Positions 1 to 9,900 of a DNA stretch of 64,000 nucleotides are shown piece after piece. Source of the DNA: an uncultured archaeon. Its GTDB lineage: Archaea > Thermoplasmatota > Penumbrarchaeia > JASLWR01. Numbering within the stretch: position 1 is the stretch's first letter; each line of letters opens with the position of its first letter. The notes under the pieces were generated by a model. That model was not told where the DNA came from and did no database searches. It worked only from the letters and a program-made list of their open reading frames with translations. A program made the translations under genes and the position numbers. The stretch lies in NCBI GenBank assembly GCA_964342815.1, contig CAYFHS010000021.1, positions 1-64,000 on the forward strand, read 5' to 3'.

Positions 1-133
1 GTCACTTTGTTCCCGTCTTTACGTGTAAAGCCGACCCATTCTGGCTCAACTTTACTGGGGAGTCCGCTTGTTTGGGAAATGGAGCGCCCAATCCCGGGAC
101 GAACCCGAAGTAGAAATTATCTTGGTACCTTGA

Positions 134-385
134 TTATTCCACTATACCCCAAAATTTGTAATCAATCTGATAATCAGTGCAGTCGATCCACTGTTCCTTC
201 ACTTTCTCTCCATAGCTATCCATAAGCGAAACCCGGGCTGCATTTTCCTCAAAAACCTCGATCCTTCACAGCTAGAACTCCATGTTCTGGATCTCCGGCT
301 GGTACGACGCTATCAGGTCGATCATTCTCTCTGTTACTCACCTGTCTGCCAGGTGTTTCACGCCATCCGTAAAGAAATAATTCAA
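134..385 (-). pseudogene. Decayed small ORF resembling the DUF6876 family
   Basis: Manual translation in one minus-strand frame gives LNYFFTDGVKHLADR*VTERMIDLIASYQPEIQNMEF*L*RIEVFEENAARVSLMDSYGEKVKEQWIDCTDYQIDYKFWGIVE*, with three internal stops. The TDGVK.LA / IDLIASYQ / EFQ.W pattern matches my recollection of DUF6876. Confidence 0.45.
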
Positions 386-471
386 TCAGCCATTGGCCAT
401 GGTTTGAATTTGAGATGATAATTATATATAGAGTTCCTCAACTCGTCTTAACCTAATCGTGGTGTAGTCCA

Positions 472-849
472 ATGTCCGTTATCAGCATTTCGATACCAAA
501 AGACGATCTAAAAAGATTCGACGAAGTAGTAAAGGATTTAGGCTTCTCAAGTCGATCAGATGCGATTAGAGAGGCTTTGCATCGATTCACAGCCCAACAT
601 AGATGGGTTGCTAGTAATGAAGAAACCTCTCCATTTATTGCTACAATAGTGTATCCCAATAAAAAGGAAGATTCAGTACATGATGCCCTTCACGAATTCG
701 ATGAAATCATCATTACCTCCACCCATACCCATTTTGGCGGAAAATGTGTTGAATGGGTAATATTGAAAGGTAAAGACATGAGATTTAAACAATTTGTCGA
801 GAGAATCGCCGGGATCAAAGATGTTTCGATATGTAGATGCTCGGTCTAA
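472..849 (+). CDS. nikR: NikR-like ribbon-helix-helix metal-responsive regulator
   Basis: N-terminal RHH (ISISIPKDDLKRFDEVVKDLGFSSRSDAIREAL) and a C-terminal metal site H...HTH....C (DALHEF...STHTHFGGKCVE). Confidence 0.85.
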   Translation: MSVISISIPKDDLKRFDEVVKDLGFSSRSDAIREALHRFTAQHRWVASNEETSPFIATIVYPNKKEDSVHDALHEFDEIIITSTHTHFGGKCVEWVILKGKDMRFKQFVERIAGIKDVSICRCSV

Positions 850-968
850 TCCTTTCCATATTCGATATCCTTTTTCAATCTTAATCCCCATTGAAAATAT
901 TATTAAAAAAGGGGGGATTTCTTAGCATTATCATTATATACATACTTATAGATGATCGAACCATCATT

Positions 969-984
969 TTTAGGTAAGCCTAAA
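969..984. promoter_or_regulatory. Palindromic operator TTTAGG-TAAG-CCTAAA, DtxR/SirR/MntR-box-like
   Basis: Perfect 6-bp arms 5 nt upstream of the FTR1 start and downstream of a TTATATA TATA-like box near 934-940. It matches the TTAGG-N4-CCTAA pattern of DtxR-family boxes. Confidence 0.6.
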
Positions 985-989
985 TTTAA

Positions 990-1841
990 ATGGTGGAAAA
1001 AATGTTAGGTCAATATCTACTTGCTTTCAGAGAAGTGTTTGAAGCAGCACTGATTACGAGCATAATTCTGGTTTTTTTTGCAAAAACCGGCAGAAAACAT
1101 CTTAATAAATATGTATGGATTGGTGTAGCTATCGCAATAGCGACGAGTACAATAATCGCCCTGTTTCTTTGGTTTATATACGGTGGTCTTTCTGATAAGA
1201 ACTCTAAGTTATTCGAAGGAATTGCCGGTCTACTGGCGGTTGCAGTATTAACGAGTATGATACTGTGGATGGCCATAAAGGGACAAAGGTTAAAAAGTGA
1301 GATCGAACTAAAAGTTGAGATTGCTTCGAAAAATAAAACTATGATAGGTATCGTGTTCCTGGCATTTGCAGTTGTATTCCGGGAAGGATTGGAGACAGTT
1401 TTATTTTTAACTCCGTATTGGATCGATGATTTAGGGGGAACCCTGTTCGGTGGAGGTCTGGGTCTCCTCAGTGCACTTGCAATCTCTGTCGGAGTTTACA
1501 AATTAGGAATAAAATTTGATATAAAGAAGTTATTTTATTTTACAAGTATATTATTGATACTCGTTGCCGCGGGGCTTGCAGGTTATGCTGTACACGAGTT
1601 ATTGGAATATCTACAGTTATTAGGGATTGATACCGGATGGTTTGGCTCAATAGCCTTCGATTTACAATTGGATAAAGGCAGTCTCCTGCATCATAAAGGT
1701 GCCATAGGTTCCATTTTTGCGGTAATGTTCGGATATTCATCCAAAATGGAATGGGGTAGGATCTTCATCCATGCTCTATATCTAATAATATTTTTACCTC
1801 TCACGATCCTTGTGTACAAAAAACCTGTAAAAAACAAGTGA
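990..1841 (+). CDS. FTR1/OFeT-family iron permease
   Basis: Two REXXE motifs (FREVFEAAL, FREGLETVLF) and about 7 hydrophobic helices. Confidence 0.92.
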   Translation: MVEKMLGQYLLAFREVFEAALITSIILVFFAKTGRKHLNKYVWIGVAIAIATSTIIALFLWFIYGGLSDKNSKLFEGIAGLLAVAVLTSMILWMAIKGQRLKSEIELKVEIASKNKTMIGIVFLAFAVVFREGLETVLFLTPYWIDDLGGTLFGGGLGLLSALAISVGVYKLGIKFDIKKLFYFTSILLILVAAGLAGYAVHELLEYLQLLGIDTGWFGSIAFDLQLDKGSLLHHKGAIGSIFAVMFGYSSKMEWGRIFIHALYLIIFLPLTILVYKKPVKNK

Positions 1842-2361
1842 TTTATCCGCAGGAAACAGCAGAATGCCCGGTTTGATCCGGTGACTTTTCAAGTCCCCTG
1901 CATCCTCGGGAGCAAGCTCCCTACGGATACACCCGTTTTCAAAAGGGGGATGAATGCTCCTCCGGTCGTTTCCGAGGATGATACCCACATTTTCAAATGT
2001 GGATTGTTCATAAAAAAATGAAAAAGATCGGATGTGTCATAACAATTTCCTCACTGCAGCAGTACGTTATCACTTACCCTGGACGTAAAAAAATTTGCAT
2101 TTGAGGGAGTCGCCCCCTTTTATTCCGGCAAAATCCTTTCCGTCTTTCTCACCGCCAGCTCAACGTTCGGAAATCTCTGCATCCGGTAGCAGAAAAAATC
2201 CATTTAAGTAATTGATTATTTGTATATTTTTTCCAATCCATCCATATATTGTGAGAAAAAATTTTATTCCGCAAATGAAAATAATGAAAATATCGGAAAA
2301 GATAATATAATGATGAACCTTTGCTGTTTTTCAAATTATACAAATTGTGTTTGGTGATAAT

Positions 2362-4560
2362 ATGAAAACGGTACGTATATTGACCTGCGGAATCATTCTG
2401 ATACTTGCGGTATTTTTCCCGAACGTGACAGCGGAAAACGATAGTATGAAAATATTTCTGACTATTGACCGTGACGAGGTTTTTTCCGGCGGAGATACCG
2501 GCAAGGTTACGATGCATGTGTTCGACAAGGGGGAATATATCGAACCGGACGATATACCCAACTGTTTGATAGAGAGTGGAGATTTCAACGATGATACCGA
2601 AAGGGACATTAAACTCGAAGAGAAATCCACCGGGATATATAAGGGTGATTTCAAGATATACACCAGCGATGTCGATGATTTCGAAAGAATGACAATCAAA
2701 GGGGATGCCACCTATGGAAAGAGCGATGAGGACGATACGGAATACAACATGGATGATGATAGTCAAACCATCAATCTCGGATCAAGTGATGAAGCGGAAG
2801 CGGAAGTGAAGGTAACTATAATATATACACCCACTTCGGTGTTTCCGGGCGATTCATTCACACTGCGTATCAAGGTGGAACAGGGGGATGTTCTTAAGAA
2901 TGCCGATGAGCTGGATATCAATTATGAAATTGAAGATGATGAGTACGATCTGCCCTACGACAAGGTGAGTACTGGAATTTATGAAGCCGTTCTGGAAGTT
3001 CCAAATAACATCAAGGAGAGCTGTGAGATCGATATGGAGGCAAAGGCAACCATCGATGAGATGTACGACCGTGATTTCCAGAGCGTTGATATCGATTTTT
3101 TCTCCGTATGGTACAATAAAGGGCCGATCGGTCTGACCATTTGCACTTTTGATGTCTACGTGGCCGATGCCAATGGAAAAGCAGTTTCGGATGCGGATAT
3201 CAAACTTAACTGGGATGTGGGACGGCGTTCATTGGAGAACGAAGTGACGAAGCTTACTGACAGTAATGGGAAAGCGTCCTTTGATATGACCTATGAAGAG
3301 GATACCTATAATCTAGATATTGAAGGCAAGGTTTTGGAGGACGGAAAGACCCAGTTATTTTCGGGAGAAATCGAGCTGAAAGAGGATAGTACAGGTGAAA
3401 GTGAATGGGATGAGCCCCACAATTACGAGTTGGATGTTGTATTAAAGAATAGGTTCCTCACAGGGAAATCCCCCTATACTATGGAATGCAGAGCCTTTAT
3501 GAACGGTCAGCGGATATCTGAAAAGGAAGTTTACTATTATCTATATACCGATTTGGATGTCATCGCCAACGGAGCCGTTACCACTGATATCGATGGTGAA
3601 TTCACACTGAAATTTTCTCACAGCCCAAGTACGTCCTCTGACATTATTTGGGCATATTTCGAGACCGAAAATGGAGATTTTGATGGATGGAGTTGGAGCG
3701 AACGTGATAATTCCCTGGATGGGAAGGAATATGCCGATGAGAGAGAAATTATCTTGATTGATTCCAGGGAAAAAGTCGAGGATATGAAGTTCGATGACCC
3801 TTCTATCAAGTTAAGCGTGGATAAACTGGAAATAGGAGGTTTGACGGATGTAACGGTTACAGGTATCCCTGAGGATTTCCTGCCGCTCGTTTTATGGTTG
3901 CCAATCTCGATAAAGGACATTTGGGACATCGAGGATCTCGAGGAATGGGGAGAAACCTTTGAATGGCGACAATGGGGGGGGAGCGGACTTATGATCCAGG
4001 AGAACAGCTTTTCAAATGGGAAGGTCACCTGTAAGCTGATGATCCCCGAATTCTTGCCGTCGGGTAAATATACTGTCATTGCCGGATATATTGATGATTC
4101 ATACATATACGATCCGGATGTTTCACTGGAAGACGCATATCACATCAATAACGTCATCCTGGAACCGGGTAAATCCGGAACCTCAATCGGGACTGCAGGA
4201 ACCACCGAAAGTTCATTTTTCGGTGACAACATTGTAATGCTATCGGCAGGTATTTTATTACTGCTGATAGTGATAATCGTGATAGTTCTCATGGTAAAAA
4301 GAAAAAAGGGGAAAACCGAGACTTATGAATCGGAACCGGATGAGCGTTTTCAAAAGATAGACTCCGATGATGCGGACGGGGATCAAATGGATCATTACTA
4401 TCCGCCACCCTATGAATCCGATACCGGACATCCCGGTACAAACTATCCCGAGCACCGAGAGAATATTCCTCGTCCACCGATACAGCATTCGCATGGTTCG
4501 CAACCAGATCAATATCCACAGCATCCCAGGACCGGGAGATTCCCTCCGCCCCCGTACTGA
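2362..4560 (+). CDS. Large acidic exported protein with C-terminal membrane anchor and Pro/Gln/Tyr-rich tail, function unknown
   Basis: Long ORF with a signal-peptide-like N-terminus. ATG 2362 is preceded by GGTGA. It has an Asp/Glu-rich body, a TM helix followed by KRKKGK, and ends in PPPPY. Confidence 0.8.
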   Translation: MKTVRILTCGIILILAVFFPNVTAENDSMKIFLTIDRDEVFSGGDTGKVTMHVFDKGEYIEPDDIPNCLIESGDFNDDTERDIKLEEKSTGIYKGDFKIYTSDVDDFERMTIKGDATYGKSDEDDTEYNMDDDSQTINLGSSDEAEAEVKVTIIYTPTSVFPGDSFTLRIKVEQGDVLKNADELDINYEIEDDEYDLPYDKVSTGIYEAVLEVPNNIKESCEIDMEAKATIDEMYDRDFQSVDIDFFSVWYNKGPIGLTICTFDVYVADANGKAVSDADIKLNWDVGRRSLENEVTKLTDSNGKASFDMTYEEDTYNLDIEGKVLEDGKTQLFSGEIELKEDSTGESEWDEPHNYELDVVLKNRFLTGKSPYTMECRAFMNGQRISEKEVYYYLYTDLDVIANGAVTTDIDGEFTLKFSHSPSTSSDIIWAYFETENGDFDGWSWSERDNSLDGKEYADEREIILIDSREKVEDMKFDDPSIKLSVDKLEIGGLTDVTVTGIPEDFLPLVLWLPISIKDIWDIEDLEEWGETFEWRQWGGSGLMIQENSFSNGKVTCKLMIPEFLPSGKYTVIAGYIDDSYIYDPDVSLEDAYHINNVILEPGKSGTSIGTAGTTESSFFGDNIVMLSAGILLLLIVIIVIVLMVKRKKGKTETYESEPDERFQKIDSDDADGDQMDHYYPPPYESDTGHPGTNYPEHRENIPRPPIQHSHGSQPDQYPQHPRTGRFPPPPY

Positions 4561-4973
4561 GGTTATGGCGTTTGTATTATTACCAAGTGCCATTGATGAT
4601 TTGGATCGGGAACCGATTGACTAAGGCCCACAAACCGTTTTTTTTAATTTCAATAATATCTCTATAATTATCAACGGACCTTACTGCTGTAAAATCCGGT
4701 ATGTTTTCATCATTAAGATACGAGGGCGATGTTTAAAAAACCGGAAATCGATAGCCACATTATGACCGATTACGTAACCATCTTTGATAAACCGGGAAAT
4801 ATCCCCGATAATATCCTAGATCAACGGCTATACGTCGACGATGAAATACTTATCGAAATAAGTGCAGTTTTCGATTTCACTGATCTATGCAACAACGAAC
4901 AGTGTTTCGTTTCCAATTTTTAAAATATGATGAAGTTCATTTGGAAACGGATTTTATAAACGGGTGTACGGTG

Positions 4974-6782
4974 ATGAACGAGTCCAACGAGTGTGATTTT
5001 CCCCTTAAAAGAGCAAGGAAAACCCTGGATGAACTGTTGAAGGAAGTTCTCGGCTCCATGGGATGCGCCGGAGCCGTTGCGCTGGAAAAACCGCCCAGGG
5101 AAATGGGTGATCTGTCCCTCCCGTGTTTCACGCTTGCAAAGACCATGCGGAAGAATCCCGCCCTGATCGCCTCGGACATCGCAGCAGAACTCGCCGCTCC
5201 CCGTTATTCCGACATTGGAAAATTCTTCGAGATGGAGGCCAGGGGCCCGTACCTGAACTTCACGCTTCGTGCAGATTACCTCATCGAAAACGTACTTTCT
5301 TCCATACTTGACCAAGGGGCGAATTACGGTTCATTCCGTACCAGGAACGAATTCGTAATACTGGAACACACTTCCGCAAATCCCAACGGCCCCTTTCACG
5401 TGGGCAGGGCCCGGAACCCCATAATAGGCGACACCCTTGCCAGGATCCTCCGGAAACTCGGCTTTACCGTGGAAGTGCAGTACTGGGTGAACGATATGGG
5501 ACGCCAGGCGGCAACTCTGAGCTGGGCCAAGGCCAATCTGCCCGATTCCTCCATCCCGCCAATGGACCCCGATAATCCATTTTCCAACAAGAGCGACCAC
5601 CGGCTCGTTCGTTATTACCAGGAAGCGCACAGGCGCATCGAGGACGACGAGAACCTCGCCACCGAGATAGATCGTATACTCTACGAGATAGAGGACGGTA
5701 ACGAGCTAACGAAGAAAATGGTGCAAGCGAGGAGTATAGAGGTCCTCGAGGGAATGAAGGAAAGCCTGTCCACCTTACATATTGACTATAATAAGTTCGT
5801 GTGGGAGTCGGCCACTGTGGAAGACGGCACGGTTACCGAAGTTATTCAGATCCTTAAAAAATCGGAATACGCCCATCAGGATGAGGGAGCCTGGTACCTG
5901 GAGCTGGAGGACTTCGGTATTTCCGGGCGCAGCACCCGTTTTTTCTTTACACGCGGCGACGGGACCTCGCTTTATACAACACGGGACCTTGCATATCATC
6001 TCTCCAAGTTGAGACAGTGCGACAGGGCCGTGAACATCCTCGGGGAGGACCACAAGCTACAGGCCCAACAGTTGAAGATCGCTCTCGGGCTGCTGGGGAG
6101 CAAAGTTCTTCCCGAAAGCATCTTCTACAGTTTCGTATCTCTCGCGGAAGGCAAGATGTCAACGCGCAAAGCCAAAGTAGTATATCTCGACGACCTGATT
6201 CATGAATCCCTTCAAAGGGCTTACGAGGAAGTGGCCAGAAGAAGGCCTCAGCTCGACGAGGAACAGAAACGGCGGATAGGGCTGGTTGTGGGGCTCGGTT
6301 GCATCCGTTACAATATCATAAGGGTGCAGGCCGACAAGAAGATCGTATTCAGATGGGAGGAAGCCCTGAATTTCGAAGGCGACAGCTCGCCGTTCCTTCA
6401 GTACGCCCATGCAAGGTGCTGCGGTATTCTTGACAAGGCGAAAGGACTGGGATATGCAACGCCTTCCGGGTCCGATATGGAAGAGATGGCCGCAGGCATT
6501 TTCACAGCTGGTACGCATGAGAACGAGCGGAAACTTTTAAAGGTACTGGCCGATTTCCCCGAACGCATTGAGGAGGCCGGGCTCGGATACCGCCCTCATT
6601 TCATCCCCAAATACCTGCAGGAACTTGCCTCCGCGTTCAACAATTTCTACCAGAGCTGTCCCGTTATTTCCGGTACTAACGACGAAATAAAGAGATTCCG
6701 CCTCGGTCTGGTGGACTGCACCAGGATCCTTCTCGCTGAAGGCCTCGGTCTTCTTGGTATCACAGCACCCGAATCCATGTGA
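4974..6782 (+). CDS. argS: Arginine--tRNA ligase
   Basis: HIGH-like EHTSANPNGPFHVGRARNPIIGD, KMSTR, and C-terminal DALR domain (FEGDSSPFLQYAHARCCGIL). Start placed at ATG 4974; the ORF is open from 4887. Confidence 0.97.
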   Translation: MNESNECDFPLKRARKTLDELLKEVLGSMGCAGAVALEKPPREMGDLSLPCFTLAKTMRKNPALIASDIAAELAAPRYSDIGKFFEMEARGPYLNFTLRADYLIENVLSSILDQGANYGSFRTRNEFVILEHTSANPNGPFHVGRARNPIIGDTLARILRKLGFTVEVQYWVNDMGRQAATLSWAKANLPDSSIPPMDPDNPFSNKSDHRLVRYYQEAHRRIEDDENLATEIDRILYEIEDGNELTKKMVQARSIEVLEGMKESLSTLHIDYNKFVWESATVEDGTVTEVIQILKKSEYAHQDEGAWYLELEDFGISGRSTRFFFTRGDGTSLYTTRDLAYHLSKLRQCDRAVNILGEDHKLQAQQLKIALGLLGSKVLPESIFYSFVSLAEGKMSTRKAKVVYLDDLIHESLQRAYEEVARRRPQLDEEQKRRIGLVVGLGCIRYNIIRVQADKKIVFRWEEALNFEGDSSPFLQYAHARCCGILDKAKGLGYATPSGSDMEEMAAGIFTAGTHENERKLLKVLADFPERIEEAGLGYRPHFIPKYLQELASAFNNFYQSCPVISGTNDEIKRFRLGLVDCTRILLAEGLGLLGITAPESM

Positions 6783-6926
6783 TCGACCGAACCTAAAAAG
6801 TACATCTGCGCAGATAATTGAAATAACGCTCTAACACACGAAAAAATAGCAATCGATATTATTATGGTGAATGCTTATATTAGTATATCGTTAATGTAAC
6901 ATTTGCAAAATAGGCCCCCGCGTGGA

Positions 6927-9900
6927 ATGAAAATGCATGAAAAGATCATAATGCTCATTTCAATAATCTTTTTTATTCAACCCTTTGCCGTTCTCATGGG
7001 CCAGGCGCCCCAAGCGGAAATGGGATTCCACATGGAAGAATTGATAACATGGGAAAACTCTATGGACGGCAACCATATGGCTGAGCCCCGTCATTTTGCG
7101 TATAACGATTCTGACGGAAATCGTATTGACGATTATATCGATGGGCGGCTGAGCCGAGACCCTGAAATGCGTTTAGACGTTTTCGTCAATTATGAACGGC
7201 CTGTGGAAGATATTCATCTCAATGATCTTGGGAAAATTAGTTTGGCCCCCGCTTTCGTATCCAAATACATCAACTCCGTTATACTCGAGGACGTTGGTTC
7301 CCGTGAGATGAACGCCGTTTTGCAGCTCCGTGATGTTTTGGGGGTCGAGAACGCGCCACCGGTCCACCCCATGCTGGATATTTCCACACGGGCTGTAAAG
7401 GCCAGGGAAAGCGACATTTACTCTCCTGTAATCTGGGACGATCTTGGGCTGAGCGGTACCAACGTAAATGTGGCTCTCATCGACAGCGGTGTGGATGATA
7501 TCGTTCACGCCGGGTTAAGAGGCAAGTTTGTGGGGGGTGTGGACACCACCTCGTCATTTGGCTCCATGGAGCGGAATCCCGATGATGGTATCGGCCACGG
7601 CACCCACTGTGCCGGTATCATAATGGGAACCGGCAGTGGGGGAGACAACATAGGCGTTGCCCCCAATGCTTCCCTGGTGGACTGCAGGGTGGGGGATACC
7701 ATTACCCTGGGCTCTGCCACAATGACGAACTTCATGGAAGCTCTGGAGTGGGTAAGGGATAATTCTGTGAAACACAACATTTCAGTGCTGTCCATATCCA
7801 TGGGGACCTCATATTCCTCGGACGGGAAGGATGCATCGTCAAGAATGGCCAACGAAGTGGTGGATGCAGGAGTGACGGTGGTTGTGGCTATCGGGAACGA
7901 TGATAACGGCCGTAACGCCAATGTTGTCTCATCTCCCGGGTCGGCGGACAAGGTTATTACTGTAGGTGCCGTGCACGACCGTAACACGGTCCAAAGAAAT
8001 GATGACATCATAGCCGGATATTCACAGAGAGGTCCGCGTCCCTCGGACGGCGACAATGATGATATGGATGAGTTGAAACCGGATATTACGGCCCCTGGCT
8101 CCGACATAACTTCATGCATGCACAACACCCTCGGATCGTACATTTCTTTCTCCGGAACCTCCATGGCGACCCCACACGTCTCCGGTGTTGCTGCCCTGAT
8201 GAAAGAGGCGTATCCGGCCCTGAAACCGGAACATATCAAGGATATTTTGCACCGATCCGCAGAGAGTAAAGGCGGTGCATCGTACCCAGGCAAGGACGGC
8301 AAATACAATACCAAATACGGGTGGGGTATGCTGGATGCTTACGGGGCGGTGAGGCGGGCCGTGGACATGATCACCCCGGAGATGAATCTCCCCTCTTACG
8401 TGGACAGTGGAAGCAGGCTCAATGTTCGAGCGGTGATGGACCTCGCCAGGACTTCGGCTATGGAGACCTCTGATATGATGGAGTGGAAAATATCGTTCCC
8501 CGCGTACTTTGCAATCCCCAATAATATCAGTGTCAGTACAGGCAACGACGCGGAAACCGTAATAACATGGAATGATCCCTACCAGGAGAATGGTGAATGG
8601 CATCTTGACGTGCAGGTCGAGATATCTGGCGGAGTTGGCGATCTAATCGAGGTTGCTCCGGAAGCAGTATTCTTCACAACGGCGCCTCATGTGGGACAAG
8701 CACAGGAATTCACATTCATTATGAACACCAGTGTGAACGGGATATTTTCACCCGAGAGAACAAGCATCATGACGGTGGGAGATGATGCGGAATACAAACC
8801 GGACCTCACCATTACCCCGAATGACATCACGTTTTCGAATAATCCTGCCACCACAGGCCAGGAGGTCGTGATATTTGCGAATGTTACCAATGCGGGGCTC
8901 AGCGACACCCACGGCGTCACCGTGGAATTTTACGACGGCAATCCGGCGAGCGGAATACTCATCGGCTCCGCCAAGATGGATATTCCCCGGGAAAGCAAAC
9001 GTCAAGCCAGTGCTGAGTGGGTGGCCACCTCGGGAACCGTTCATAATATTTTCGTGACGGTGGACCCCGCAGACGATATCGATGAGATTTCCGAGAACAA
9101 CAATACCGCCTCCAAACCCCTGGCGGTGAGGGGAGGTATCAATCTGGCTCCCACATCCAATCTCACCGTGGAGCCAATTCCGGCTGACGTTGATGAGGAA
9201 GTGTCCTTCGACGGACGCGCCTCCAGCGATCCCGATGGTACTGTTACCCAGTGGAAGTTTTTTTTCGGAGATGGCACCGACAGCGGTTGGTTATCCGTGG
9301 GGTATACGGATTACAATTATCCGGCCCCGGGGAATTATTCTGCCTTTCTCGTGGTGAAAGACAATGGCGGCAGGGAAAGTACCAATAACGACAGCAAGTT
9401 AATTAAGGTAAAGGAACTGGCAGGGGGCAGCATGGGATTGTATCTTTCGGGTGCGAGCAATCTTACGTTGTCAAGGCCCCAGGGTGTCATGGAAAATACC
9501 CTCCCCTGTCCCGATGGTTACACTCCCTTTCCCTTCCCGGGAAGTCCGGTGGGAAGAGTGGAATACCGCGAAATCGGTATCTGGCAGAGCTCCTATCCCA
9601 TTGAAACGAGGGAATTGGTGGAAAGGGACACAATTACATTCTGGATACGAAATACCAATGATGGGCAGGGCTACGATGCTCAGTTCAGGACCGTGGTAAG
9701 GGTCGATGGGGAAATCCTTATGGAAAAGGAGACCGCTGAGATACATGTGGAACCGGGCAGCCCGCCGTTGAAGATCGAAACACACAGCGAAGTATCCGAC
9801 TTCGAATTGAAATATCTCTCTACCTTCGAGATAAGAATGGAGGTCATGGTCAACGGAAACGGGCTCGAACTGGTTTACGGGGTGCAGAAGTACCCTTCGG

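Noticed and set aside
1843-2340. Gap after FTR1 as an RNA gene or riboswitch
   Set aside because: It shows only isolated small hairpins (e.g. GGGAGC-AA-GCTCCC) and no recognisable family signature.
2149-2766. 205-aa minus-strand ORF and similar long antisense ORFs (7505..8314, 9471..10409, 24537..25223, 29861..30424)
   Set aside because: They are shadows of well-supported genes on the opposite strand, with no recognisable motifs.
4729-4923. 64-aa ORF upstream of argS
   Set aside because: Short, with no motif or clear RBS, and overlapping the argS upstream region. It cannot be supported as a gene.
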